Part shown: one piece after another, positions 7,860-17,121 of the stretch
Numbering within the stretch: position 1 is the stretch's first letter
How the letters are laid out: each line of letters opens with the position of its first letter
From: Rickettsiales bacterium
GTDB lineage: Bacteria > Pseudomonadota > Alphaproteobacteria > Rickettsiales > JALZUV01
Length of the DNA: 61,671 nucleotides
Reading direction: 5' to 3'
NCBI GenBank assembly: GCA_023301245.1
Contig: JALZUV010000044.1
Span: forward strand, 1-61,671
The notes under the pieces: generated by a model
The model's database searches: none
What the model saw: the letters and a program-made list of their open reading frames with translations, nothing else
What the model was told of the DNA's origin: nothing
Translations under genes and position numbers: made by a program

Positions 7860-9446
7860 ATGGCTCGTAAGAAAAAAGACCCGAAGAAGCTAACGCGGGG
7901 CGAAGTATACCGACCTAGACTACGTATAGTTATAGACCCGATATACGTACAGATCGCGAACCTTTCATCCAGTTCGACCTACCACAAATACGTTACGTTA
8001 GTACGAGAGCTAGCGGCGCGCGGGCATTTCATTTATTGGTCAGTACCCGATGCGGAATACGTACCCAATGAAGTAGAGAGTTTGCCGAACGTAGGTATTG
8101 TGCGGACTAGCAGCATTCAAGACCAGTTCGTAATCGACGGCGTACAAACCGACCAGTTCTTTAACCTATTCAACCGTACAGGGGGCAAGTTCCACGCGGA
8201 TGTCGTATGTACTTCTCGTAACAGTCTCGCCCTTACCTATAAGCGTCAACTTGACCCGCCGCGCTTCCATGACAACAAAGGCGAATACACCGACAAGTCC
8301 TATGGCATGCCCTTGGTACTTATCGAAGAGTTCCCGCAAACACCTGAGCGTCAACACACGGGGGAAGCCTATTGGTTATCCCAAGTCCTAGGATACTACG
8401 CAGCGGACAAGACCGTTTTCCTATCCGACCATAACCGTAGCGAAGTCGTCAAAGCCATGATGCCCTTCGTCACAAACAGCGTAGTACGGGACTTTACGGA
8501 ACGTGCCAAGGTCATACCCGCAGGTATAGAACGTGAAGAACTTGATAAGATATACAAGCCTAACCGCTGGAAGGTAGAAGACGGCTTCAACGTGCTATGC
8601 GTCGGGCGCATATTCGGGCCTTCCTACATTGAGTACCTAGAATGGTTTAACCACTTCTTTAAGATAGGTAATGAGGCCACACTGACGGTTTCCCTGTCTG
8701 GTAAGTTCTCTGGGCCAATGAAGAAAAAGCTGCGTAAGATAGGTTTCGATTACGACAACAACATCGGTAGGCAGTTCAAAATCATTGAGAACAATAACCG
8801 TAAGAACTTCCTAAAGATGCTGCAAAAGTATCAGGCCTTCGTATGCCCACTATCTCACTTGGACCACCCCACGGGGTTATTCGAGTGCATTTACCTTGGA
8901 CTTCCGGGAGTTATACCCGTTTCAGACTATCAACAAACGTTCTTCTCCGATTGGCCATGGGTTATAGACCCTCGCGATAAGGTCGGCCTCATAGCCATGC
9001 TTAAGGACATACAGGCGGACCCCCAAGCTGCTCGCGATAAAGTCCTCCCATGGCGGGAACGGATTGCGGACCTATACGACGCACCGACTAACATCAAAGT
9101 CCTAGCGGACGTTATCGAGAACGTAGCAAGAAAAAAATCAGACTATTTCCGCACGTCTCGCGGCGTCATCGACATCTGCAAAGAGATGAAGGGCAAAGAG
9201 TACGGCTGGGCGGACGCATTCGCCTATACCAAGACAGCTGGTACAATGGGCGTCAGCGTCGGGGACATGTCTATGCGGACAACCTTCACCTACGGGAGAG
9301 GGACCCTAAACCACGCCATGCACTGCGCGGGTTATGTAGACGACTGTAAAGGACCCATGGAAAACTTCGTTAGGGCAGATGTATTCGATGCCCGTCACGG
9401 CGGTAAGAAACGTCGCAAACGTTTGCGTAAGAGGAAATCAAAATGA
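7860..9446 (+). CDS. GT-B fold glycosyltransferase-like protein with polybasic termini
   Basis: N-terminal Rossmann-like half (VIDPIYVQIANLSSSS...LARGHFIYW). C-terminal half VLCVGRIFG...GLFECIYLGLPGVIP resembles the GT1/GT4 E-x7-E region. Ends HGGKKRRKRLRKRKSK. Confidence 0.45.
   Translation: MARKKKDPKKLTRGEVYRPRLRIVIDPIYVQIANLSSSSTYHKYVTLVRELAARGHFIYWSVPDAEYVPNEVESLPNVGIVRTSSIQDQFVIDGVQTDQFFNLFNRTGGKFHADVVCTSRNSLALTYKRQLDPPRFHDNKGEYTDKSYGMPLVLIEEFPQTPERQHTGEAYWLSQVLGYYAADKTVFLSDHNRSEVVKAMMPFVTNSVVRDFTERAKVIPAGIEREELDKIYKPNRWKVEDGFNVLCVGRIFGPSYIEYLEWFNHFFKIGNEATLTVSLSGKFSGPMKKKLRKIGFDYDNNIGRQFKIIENNNRKNFLKMLQKYQAFVCPLSHLDHPTGLFECIYLGLPGVIPVSDYQQTFFSDWPWVIDPRDKVGLIAMLKDIQADPQAARDKVLPWRERIADLYDAPTNIKVLADVIENVARKKSDYFRTSRGVIDICKEMKGKEYGWADAFAYTKTAGTMGVSVGDMSMRTTFTYGRGTLNHAMHCAGYVDDCKGPMENFVRADVFDARHGGKKRRKRLRKRKSK
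9415..9426. repeat. palindrome copy 6 (in CDS, 20 nt before stop; RKRL)
   Basis: Exact match. Confidence 0.95.
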
Positions 9447-10342
9447 AAAATAAAACAAGAAAACGCTTAGTCGGCGTAGGCAGCTCAGTAACCGAGGGCC
9501 TTACACGGTCTGAGAAAGTCGTGGTATTCTCTGTACCGATTAACTTGCTTGTTGCGCATAAGGCCAACCCCAACGAACAGAACGAGGCGACCTTCGACCA
9601 GCTCGTGCAGAAGATCGCAGAGGACGGACAAGACGAGCCTATCAACGTATTCCCCGAGATTTTAAAAGGGTCTCATACGGGCAAGTTTGTAATCTACTCA
9701 GGTCATCACCGTTTGAAAGCGTGTAAAGCCAACGGCTTCGAAACCGTCGAGTGTATTATCCGCGAAGGCTGGGACGACGATAAAGTAGCTATTGAGTTGG
9801 TAGCCCGTAACCAATTGCGAGGCGCACCTAACCCAGAGAAGTTCACAAAAATCTACAACGACCTTAAGAAGCGTCACGACCCTGAATTCCTTAAAGCTCA
9901 AATGGGCTTCAATAAGCGAGGGGATATAGACAAGCTCATTAAGAATGCAGGTGAGCATATGTCTGCTAAGGGTAAGGCCCGCCTAGCGGAAGCTAAGGAA
10001 GAGGTCACATCCGTAGAGGACTTGGGCAACATCATTAACCAAATCTTCCGAGAAGAGGGAGCCAAACTAGACCACGGACTTATCGTGTTCAGCTTCGGTA
10101 CAAAGAAGCATCTGTATATCAAATCCACAAAGGCATTGAAAACTGTCATGGATAGGCTTATGGATGACGCGGAAACTCACGGCGTAACAATGGAGGGTGC
10201 TCTACTGTCCGCTATACAACAGACACCTATCTCAGAGGCCGAGAAGGCTGGTAACTACACAAACGGAACTTCGAAAAATGGCAAAACGAAAAAGAAAGCT
10301 AAAGCTAAGACCAAAAAGAAAATCCGTAAGCGTATCACCTAG
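9443..10342 (+). CDS. ParB-like nuclease/partition-domain protein
   Basis: NPNEQNEATFDQLVQKIAEDGQDEPINVF...FVIYSGHHRLKACKANGFETVECII is the ParB/Srx N-terminal domain (GxxR box as GHHR). C-terminus KKKAKAKTKKKIRKRIT. Confidence 0.8.
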   Translation: MKNKTRKRLVGVGSSVTEGLTRSEKVVVFSVPINLLVAHKANPNEQNEATFDQLVQKIAEDGQDEPINVFPEILKGSHTGKFVIYSGHHRLKACKANGFETVECIIREGWDDDKVAIELVARNQLRGAPNPEKFTKIYNDLKKRHDPEFLKAQMGFNKRGDIDKLIKNAGEHMSAKGKARLAEAKEEVTSVEDLGNIINQIFREEGAKLDHGLIVFSFGTKKHLYIKSTKALKTVMDRLMDDAETHGVTMEGALLSAIQQTPISEAEKAGNYTNGTSKNGKTKKKAKAKTKKKIRKRIT

Positions 10343-10982
10343 TGCACCTACGAGAAACTTGTCAGCGTCTACGGACGCGGTGGAGGAAAGCCAAAGCCGA
10401 TTAGTCTCTAACCACCCACAGTTCCAGCTTATCCTGCAATCCATGAGAGAGGGCGTATCCAATGCAGAGATCGCTAGCTACTTGGCGACAGAGGGTCTTA
10501 TAACGCAGAGAGAGAAAACCTTTGCGTCCTACCTAGGTGCGTACAAGCGTAAGAACTTCTCATTCGTAACACAGGGCGTTAGTCGCGCGGATGCTTTGGC
10601 GAATAGGAACTTTGACGGCATCATAGGTAACAACGGACCCGAACTTGACGTAGAGCGGGAGCTAGAGAAGGTTGCCAAGTTCCAAAAGCGTCGCCTTGCT
10701 ATCGGGCATATCATAGAAGAGAGCACAGGTTTCGTTAACCAATCCCTACACAGAGACGTTAAAGAGATGCGGGAAACACTTACAGAGCTGGACAAAGTAC
10801 GCGGGGGCCAACGCGGTTCTGGGCGCAAGAAGTCTCAGCTAGAGGTAACAGCGGAAGCCTCTGAAAGCCTACGCGCTGTTGCGAAGTCAGAGACCACACA
10901 AGATAAGCTAACAAACCTAGCGGGGCAGCTACAGAGAAGCATAGGCAAGCGGGAACAAGAGGCACACGACGATGGCGCTTAA
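10278..10982 (+). CDS. terS: putative terminase small subunit (start uncertain)
   Basis: Lies immediately upstream of TerL and overlaps it. HTH-like MREGVSNAEIASYLATEGLITQREKTFASYL. Starts MAKRKRKLKLRPKRK. The ORF track begins at GTG 10197. Confidence 0.45.
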   Translation: MAKRKRKLKLRPKRKSVSVSPSAPTRNLSASTDAVEESQSRLVSNHPQFQLILQSMREGVSNAEIASYLATEGLITQREKTFASYLGAYKRKNFSFVTQGVSRADALANRNFDGIIGNNGPELDVERELEKVAKFQKRRLAIGHIIEESTGFVNQSLHRDVKEMRETLTELDKVRGGQRGSGRKKSQLEVTAEASESLRAVAKSETTQDKLTNLAGQLQRSIGKREQEAHDDGA

Positions 10983-13083
10983 ACTCGTAAAGAACAATCG
11001 GCCTGCCTTAGTAGCGACACCTCGCAAACGTTTGCTAAAGCCTAAACGCCGCAAGCTCATACGACCTACACCTAGGTTCGAACCTCGCGAAGACTTATCC
11101 GTAGACGAGCAAATCCACATACTGCTAGAGACAATCGTTGCCGAGGTATCGGAAATCGACGACCCAGAGCACGCGACTATGTGGTTGGATGCGTTAGAGA
11201 ACTTCCAGCGTTCGGGCGACGTAGAGGACCTTATGAAGGTCACCGAGTGGAAGCGTCCCGTCGTACCCCTCGAAGAGTTTATGTTCTCGTCTGCCTACCT
11301 TGGGCTACAGCAAAGCCAGATATACCCCTCCGTCGTAGAGACTGCTCACCACCTAGACGACGGCGACTATCGGGAAGCTGTATTCAAGGGGGCCTTGGGT
11401 ACGGGTAAGACCACGCTCGGCAACATTATGATGGCGCGGGACGTATACAAAATATCGTGTATGAGATCGCCGCAAACATCCTTTGGTATCCAAGCCAAAT
11501 CATCTATCGTATTCACCATCCAGTCCGTCCGCCTAGGTACAGCGAAAAAAGCCGTCTTTGACGAGCTGGGACACTATATGCGAAGTTCTCCGTACTTTAT
11601 GCAGAAGTATCCATATAACCCTAACGTCACGTCAGAGATGCGCTTCGAAAGCCAGAACGTCCGTATCATCCCTGTGTCATCATCCAATACAGCGGTTATC
11701 TCTATGAACGTCATCGGCGGACAACTGGACGAAATGAACTTCATGCAGAAGACGACAAACTCAAAGCATCAAAACGCAGATGACGCGGGTAAGTTCGACC
11801 AAGCCAAGGCCTTATACAACACACTGTCCCGTCGTAAGAAATCTCGTTTCGCGAATAAGGGTAAGTTGCCGGGAACCTTGTACTTGATTTCATCTTCTCG
11901 CTTCCCAGATGACTTTACCGAGCTTAAAGCCGCAGAGAGCACAATGATGGGCGGAGACGACCCAAGCATATACGTGTACTCACATAGCCAATGGTCTGCT
12001 AAGGGCCGAGATGCCTTTATGGACGAAGACTTTCAAATGCAGGTCGGTAACGACAGGTATCGTTCACGCGCTCTAGACGAAGACGAAGAGCCAGACATAG
12101 GGTGCGAAACCATACCCGTGCCTATGGACTTCCATTCGGAATTCGTAAAAGACCCAGACGGCTCGCTACGTGACTTCGCGGGCCTCACAACACTGTCTAC
12201 AAATCCCTTCTTTAACCAGCGCCACTTCATTGACCAATCCATGCGGGAAGCACAGAAGCACGGATACGAAAACCCATTCGCCATGGAGCAAGTGGATTTA
12301 ACTATCGGTCTGCCTACGCCTGACGCAACCAAGCTACGGACGGACGTACCAAGTGAGCGCCATTGCCATATTGACTTGGGGCTATCTCGCGATGCTTGTG
12401 GATTTGCCGTAGGGCATTTGGCAGGGCATAAAATCATACAGACGGTAGACCCTGTAACCAAGCAACGACGCTATGACATCAAACCTATAATCGCGTACGA
12501 TGTCATCATGCGTATCCTGCCGCCCCCTAACGGTGAGATACAGATATCCGATGTACGAAAGCTGCTAACAAATCTTAACGACTTGTACGGCCTCAACATA
12601 ACGTCGGTAACAACCGATGGCTTCCAATCAACAGACACGCGCCAGATACTAAAACGTCGCGGGTTCAAGACGGGCTACCAATCAGTAGAGAAAGTCGAGC
12701 CTTGGCGCTCATTCAGGGAGGCCCTATATGATGGCCGCATCCTCATGTCCCCTAACCAGCATGCGAAGAAAGAGCTGGTCGAGCTTGAGACCTCAATAAA
12801 GAACAACAAAGAAAAGGTAGATCACAGCCCGAACGGTACGAAAGACGTTGCCGACGCTATTGTAGGTGTAGCCAATCATATCTTAAGACAAAAGGTTTCA
12901 TGGAACCCTTCGGTTATTGACGGAGGAACTTCTGGTACATTCTTGCTAGGTACTCTATCCGAAGAGGAACTATCGGAAATGAAAGAGAACGAAACCGACG
13001 ATGGTAACCGACGTATTAACCGACGCCCACGGCCAAAAAGAAAGCGGGCTATCCGACGTAAGCGGGTATCAAGGAAAGCTTAA
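10972..13083 (+). CDS. terL: terminase large subunit
   Basis: Walker A FKGALGTGKTTLG, Walker B IGGQLDEMNF, and a C-terminal RNase-H-like nuclease region (HIDLGLSRDACGFAVGH...TTDGFQS...DHSPNGTKDVADA). Polybasic N- and C-terminal extensions. Confidence 0.85.
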   Translation: MALKLVKNNRPALVATPRKRLLKPKRRKLIRPTPRFEPREDLSVDEQIHILLETIVAEVSEIDDPEHATMWLDALENFQRSGDVEDLMKVTEWKRPVVPLEEFMFSSAYLGLQQSQIYPSVVETAHHLDDGDYREAVFKGALGTGKTTLGNIMMARDVYKISCMRSPQTSFGIQAKSSIVFTIQSVRLGTAKKAVFDELGHYMRSSPYFMQKYPYNPNVTSEMRFESQNVRIIPVSSSNTAVISMNVIGGQLDEMNFMQKTTNSKHQNADDAGKFDQAKALYNTLSRRKKSRFANKGKLPGTLYLISSSRFPDDFTELKAAESTMMGGDDPSIYVYSHSQWSAKGRDAFMDEDFQMQVGNDRYRSRALDEDEEPDIGCETIPVPMDFHSEFVKDPDGSLRDFAGLTTLSTNPFFNQRHFIDQSMREAQKHGYENPFAMEQVDLTIGLPTPDATKLRTDVPSERHCHIDLGLSRDACGFAVGHLAGHKIIQTVDPVTKQRRYDIKPIIAYDVIMRILPPPNGEIQISDVRKLLTNLNDLYGLNITSVTTDGFQSTDTRQILKRRGFKTGYQSVEKVEPWRSFREALYDGRILMSPNQHAKKELVELETSIKNNKEKVDHSPNGTKDVADAIVGVANHILRQKVSWNPSVIDGGTSGTFLLGTLSEEELSEMKENETDDGNRRINRRPRPKRKRAIRRKRVSRKA
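11024..11035. repeat. palindrome copy 7 (TerL codons ~18-22; RKRL)
   Basis: Exact match. Confidence 0.95.
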
Positions 13084-13091
13084 AACGTGTT

Positions 13092-13103
13092 GCAAAACGT
13101 TGC
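13092..13103. repeat. degenerate palindrome variant GCAAAACGTTGC overlapping a -35 box
   Basis: One-base shift relative to the consensus. Same placement relative to TTGCTT as copy 21. Confidence 0.6.
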
Positions 13104-13128
13104 TTAGCGGGGGGTTACGTGCTATACT
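13100..13128 (+). promoter_or_regulatory. sigma70-like promoter TTGCTT-17-TATACT after TerL
   Basis: -35 at 13100-13105 and -10 at 13123-13128. Overlaps the degenerate palindrome. Confidence 0.55.
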
Positions 13129-13146
13129 ATGCGTATAGGAGCCAAC

Positions 13147-13785
13147 ATGCCAATACGTAAAAGACTAGCGCCCGATATAGACTATAATGCTCGTTATGGG
13201 GACGAAGATACGCCACCTTTTCGGTGGTTGGACACAGCACACACTACGCGCAAGCGTAGTGAGCTGAAAGCGGAATTCAAAGCGGGAAAAGAGTACAGCC
13301 CGTTCCCTACGCCGTTTGGGTCTGAATGGACGCGGGCCTTACCCAACACGATTTACCTAGACAAGCGGCTATCGCAAGATGACTACTTCGGCATTCTTGG
13401 ACGCGCCATCATATGGAATGGACGCCAAGAGGACGGGAATTATAACGACACGCGACAGTGGCGGGGATGGGTTGAGCGGCGGGACGACCATACGTTACTT
13501 AGCAAGAAAGCCAATTATATATTCCTAGGAACCTTTGCAACGCGTGAGGACGTGTCCAGCGCAGCCAAAGACCACTTCGCGTTTATGGGAAAAAAGACAA
13601 GACCTCGTAAATTCAAATTCATTGCGGGCAAGTCCGACATAGGGTCCACGGACCTAGCCAATATTAATTTTAACACATGCAGCCAGATAACCTTTCTAAC
13701 CAAGGAAGAGGAAGTCAAAGGCTATCAAGGAAAGGGTAAACTAAAAGCGAAGCCAAAACTTCGCAAACGTTTGCGTAAGTCATAA
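13147..13785 (+). CDS. hypothetical protein with possible AP2-like DNA-binding segment
   Basis: Starts MPIRKRL with an AGGAG SD. WRGWVERRDDHTLLSKKANYIFLGTFATREDVSSAAKDHF resembles AP2-type W..R...LG.F.t.eeA (weak). ATG 13129 abuts the -10 box and is unlikely to be used. Confidence 0.5.
   Translation: MPIRKRLAPDIDYNARYGDEDTPPFRWLDTAHTTRKRSELKAEFKAGKEYSPFPTPFGSEWTRALPNTIYLDKRLSQDDYFGILGRAIIWNGRQEDGNYNDTRQWRGWVERRDDHTLLSKKANYIFLGTFATREDVSSAAKDHFAFMGKKTRPRKFKFIAGKSDIGSTDLANINFNTCSQITFLTKEEEVKGYQGKGKLKAKPKLRKRLRKS
13763..13774. repeat. palindrome copy 8 (in CDS, 11 nt before stop; RKRL)
   Basis: Exact match. Confidence 0.95.
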
Positions 13786-14291
13786 TGGGCAATAAATTAC
13801 TAGACAACGCTACGACGGTTGACGAGATTGTAAACCTAATGAGCAACGGGGAACGGTACACGGGCAGACTGACAACAAACGCGGAAGAATACTTGAACAA
13901 ACAAGCGGACCTCGTACATGCAGAATACGAAGGAGACGGCTGGGCGGACGTCATAGACGATCAATTCAGAACCCACGTTATAGGGCATATATACGCAGGG
14001 TGCGACCCCAAGAAAGTTCCGAACGAGCACTTGCAGCATGCTGTCAGATTTCCGACCAGTGTGGACTTCCACCACAACGCGTCCCTTAACAGGGTCAAGA
14101 ATGTAAACACGGGCATACGCGCCTTCTGTATACGATGCCAAGGCGGGGATACGGTAAGTGTAAGAAACTGCCCGTCTGCTATCTGCCCCCTATTCCCTTT
14201 CCGTATGGGAAAGAACCCATTTTACGGAAAATTCTCGGAAGACGCCACAAGCGCATCCGACCTAGCTAAGGAACTATCCGATGCCGATTAA
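13785..14291 (+). CDS. Cys4 (zinc-ribbon-like) protein, paralogue A
   Basis: C-terminal GIRAFCIRCQGGDTVSVRNCPSAICPLFPFRMGKNPF. The tail EDATSASDLAKELS is shared with the scaffold gene. Confidence 0.6.
   Translation: MGNKLLDNATTVDEIVNLMSNGERYTGRLTTNAEEYLNKQADLVHAEYEGDGWADVIDDQFRTHVIGHIYAGCDPKKVPNEHLQHAVRFPTSVDFHHNASLNRVKNVNTGIRAFCIRCQGGDTVSVRNCPSAICPLFPFRMGKNPFYGKFSEDATSASDLAKELSDAD
14238..14281 (+). repeat. 44-nt segment, 43/44 identical to 17630-17673
   Basis: GAAGACGCCACAAGCGCATCCGACCTA[G/A]CTAAGGAACTATCCGA. Confidence 0.9.
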
Positions 14292-14697
14292 GAAACGCCA
14301 TACGTCCACAGGTGACTACAAACTAGAGGACCCTCGGATATCACCACCGCTAGGAAAGATGGATATGTACGCGGGGTCCACGTACGACCAGATGGGTATA
14401 GTCCCAGACAAAGCGGTCCCGTCTGCCATGCACCTATCGTCCATGGCGGCGAATGCAGGCAATTCCCCTCTACCTCACGAGCAGTTCACACAAGACTTGC
14501 TTGCACAGCTTCGACTATCCCATAACAAAAGCGACCTCGAAGACCGCTACAGAGCGCGTATAAGGTCTCCGTTGACGGGCGTCCGTGCCTTCTGCGTTAC
14601 CCAATGCCAATGCGGCGGCGTCAAAGCCGTCACTGAGTGCGGCGCGGTATCCTGCCCGCTGTGGGCGCTGCGTATGGGCCAAAACGGCTATCGCTAA
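14281..14697 (+). CDS. Cys4 (zinc-ribbon-like) protein, paralogue B
   Basis: C-terminal GVRAFCVTQCQCGGVKAVTECGAVSCPLWALRMGQNGY aligns with the preceding gene. Starts MPIKKRH. Confidence 0.6.
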   Translation: MPIKKRHTSTGDYKLEDPRISPPLGKMDMYAGSTYDQMGIVPDKAVPSAMHLSSMAANAGNSPLPHEQFTQDLLAQLRLSHNKSDLEDRYRARIRSPLTGVRAFCVTQCQCGGVKAVTECGAVSCPLWALRMGQNGYR

Positions 14698-14705
14698 CTA
14701 AGTTG

Positions 14706-14733
14706 TTGCATTTTAAATAGTCCACGGTATACT
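14706..14733 (+). promoter_or_regulatory. sigma70-like promoter TTGCAT-16-TATACT upstream of portal
   Basis: -35 at 14706-14711 and -10 at 14728-14733. Confidence 0.5.
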
Positions 14734-14765
14734 CGCCGCACAATAACTGTGTTGGCGAGATACCC

Positions 14766-16493
14766 ATGGCTAAGAAATTAAAAAAAACCCTACGAAAGAC
14801 AACGCCGACTAGAACGGCTAAACCCCAACGAAGGGCGCGTAAAATAACCAGTAAACGACAGGGCTATGCAGCCCCGTTTATGGCGACTGTTACTAAGAAC
14901 GGGAACAGCAAACAACTCGTAGACCCCTTTGAAAGTAACTACGGCCTCACGCGTGGTCATAAGAAAATCCTCACACCGATGTATACGCCTCAGACACTTG
15001 TAAAAGTGGCTTTGGGGTCCAGTGTTTTAAAGCAATGTATTGAAGCTTATCGCGTCAACATTGAGAGCTACGGACACACACTGGAATACATCGGGGAAGA
15101 CGGACAAGAGGACCGACCTGAGGTCAAGAAAGAGAAGCGTAACCTTGAGAGCTTCCTACGGTTCCCCTCCAACGACACATCCACCCTGCAAGAGATACGC
15201 GAGAAGAGCCGTGTAGATAAAGAGATCACAGGTGCACGGTACTTTGAGATATCCCGTAACCAGCGGGGCGAGATAGTTCTATTCACAGACGCCGCCAGCG
15301 CAACTATGCGTATGACCGTAAAGGACGCGGAGCCTACTGACTTCACAATCAAGGTGCCAGACACGGATGGCGACGGCTGGATGGATAAGGACGTATGTAA
15401 ATCATTTAGGCGCTTCGTACAGATAGGCAAGTCAAACAAGAAAGTATTCTTTAAGGAATTCGGCGACCCGCGCCCTATCGACCCTAAGGACGGACGGGTA
15501 AATGACAGCCTCGATATTGAGGACCAAGCTACTGAAATCTACATGGACGCAATCTATATGCCAGCAAGCCCGTACGGCGTACCTCGCTGGATTGGCGCAC
15601 TAGCAGCTATCCTAGGCGCACGGGAAAGTGAACTTGTAAACCTAAACTTCTTTAGAGAGAACGCCATCCCAGCCATGGCCGTGCTCATATCGGGGGGCAT
15701 GCTCACAGAAGACAGCTTCGATAAAATATCAGATTACATAACTGCGTCCAAAGGACAGGACAGCATGAACCGCGTAATCGTGCTAGAAGCAAGTTCCGAC
15801 GATACGCAAGGGACCATCGACCAGCACCCGCCCGCACCCCAGATCAAAATGGAACCTATGTCGGATAAGCGCCAGTCCGAGGGCATGTTCGGCGTATATG
15901 AGGAAAGCGGGACTAAAAAGGTTCGCTCTACCATGCGCCTGCCCCCTATTCATATAGGCCTAGCGGAGGAATACACGAAAGCAACAGCCGCTGCCTCTCA
16001 GCGCGTAGCGGAGCTACAGGTATTCCACCCCGAACGCACAAGCTTCGATAACTTTATAAATAACAAGGTTATAAGCACCTACGAGCCTCAGTATTACCGC
16101 TTCAAGACCTTGGGGCCACAAATCAACGACCCAGACAGCTTGTCCCGTATGCTCGACACGTTCCACAGGACGGGGGGCCTAACACCTAACATAGTTATCA
16201 AGCTGGCTAATGCTATGCTAGACGTGCACATAGAAAAGGTTAAGGATGAATGGGGCGACCTACCTATCCAGTTCACTAGCCAAGCCCTTATGAACGGCGC
16301 GGACGTTAAAGGATTAGAGGACTTCACAAACCCCTTGAAAGATTTAGAGGACGATGATAGTGAGGACGATGATAACCCTGTAAATGACAATGTTGCCGCC
16401 ATGGTTAGGCGTGTAATCCGTAAAGAACTCCACACCATTGCGACGGAACTAGACGACCTCCGTTCGCAAACGTTTGCAAATTCTGACGGATAG
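14766..16493 (+). CDS. portal protein
   Basis: 575 aa, located between the terminase and the protease/scaffold/capsid genes. Acidic C-terminal region; polybasic N-terminus MAKKLKKTLRK...RRARK. Confidence 0.75.
   Translation: MAKKLKKTLRKTTPTRTAKPQRRARKITSKRQGYAAPFMATVTKNGNSKQLVDPFESNYGLTRGHKKILTPMYTPQTLVKVALGSSVLKQCIEAYRVNIESYGHTLEYIGEDGQEDRPEVKKEKRNLESFLRFPSNDTSTLQEIREKSRVDKEITGARYFEISRNQRGEIVLFTDAASATMRMTVKDAEPTDFTIKVPDTDGDGWMDKDVCKSFRRFVQIGKSNKKVFFKEFGDPRPIDPKDGRVNDSLDIEDQATEIYMDAIYMPASPYGVPRWIGALAAILGARESELVNLNFFRENAIPAMAVLISGGMLTEDSFDKISDYITASKGQDSMNRVIVLEASSDDTQGTIDQHPPAPQIKMEPMSDKRQSEGMFGVYEESGTKKVRSTMRLPPIHIGLAEEYTKATAAASQRVAELQVFHPERTSFDNFINNKVISTYEPQYYRFKTLGPQINDPDSLSRMLDTFHRTGGLTPNIVIKLANAMLDVHIEKVKDEWGDLPIQFTSQALMNGADVKGLEDFTNPLKDLEDDDSEDDDNPVNDNVAAMVRRVIRKELHTIATELDDLRSQTFANSDG
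16466..16477. repeat. palindrome copy 9 (portal, 16 nt before stop; SQTFA)
   Basis: Exact match. Confidence 0.95.
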
Positions 16494-16497
16494 ACAC

Positions 16498-17109
16498 ATG
16501 AAACTGCCTCCGCATATAAAACTGTTCACTACCAAAACGGTATCCTTTACGGTGTCTAAGGTGCTGGACGCCAAGGAACAAATCGTAGAGGGCGAAGTAT
16601 ACGCCCCTTACGTCATCGACACTCACGGAGATATGATGCTCCCTGAGGACGTGAAGCGCATGTGTCACCTATGGTCATCTCTGCGACAGTCCAATAAAAT
16701 CGACCTCATGCACGATAACTGCCTTGTGGATGCCCATACCGTAGAAAGCTATATCGCCAAGTCACACGACCCAGACTATAGGGAGGGGGCTTGGGTTATG
16801 GCTACTAAAATCAATTGCAGCACCGTATGGGGCCTAATTGAGGCGGGTGTATACAGCGGATATTCCTTTGAAGCCAAGGTTTTCATAGAAGACGCTGAGA
16901 TAGAATACGACCTGATTAAACACCATTTTGGCTTTGTTACAAAAAATGATGGACACGACCATACTTATTTTGTAGAAGTAGATGATATGGGCAAAGTGAT
17001 CGGCGGACGCACGAGTGTAGACGACGACCATTGGCACCCTATCATTGCTGGGACTGCTACGGCCATTGTGGACAAACATTCCCATCGCTTTTTCCTTACA
17101 GACACGTAG
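16498..17109 (+). CDS. XkdF-like prohead serine protease
   Basis: VEGEVYAPYVIDTHGDMMLPEDVKRMCHLW...IDLMHDNCLVDAHTVESYIA follows the XkdF (PF14550) pattern. Position between portal and scaffold fits. Confidence 0.65.
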   Translation: MKLPPHIKLFTTKTVSFTVSKVLDAKEQIVEGEVYAPYVIDTHGDMMLPEDVKRMCHLWSSLRQSNKIDLMHDNCLVDAHTVESYIAKSHDPDYREGAWVMATKINCSTVWGLIEAGVYSGYSFEAKVFIEDAEIEYDLIKHHFGFVTKNDGHDHTYFVEVDDMGKVIGGRTSVDDDHWHPIIAGTATAIVDKHSHRFFLTDT

Positions 17110-17121
17110 GGTGGGTAGATT

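Noticed and set aside
4309-10342. The XRE regulator plus the ParB-like protein could be evidence of a temperate or plasmid-prophage lifestyle.
   Set aside because: No integrase, ParA, protelomerase, plasmid Rep or divergent repressor/Cro pair was recognised, so lifestyle cannot be inferred.
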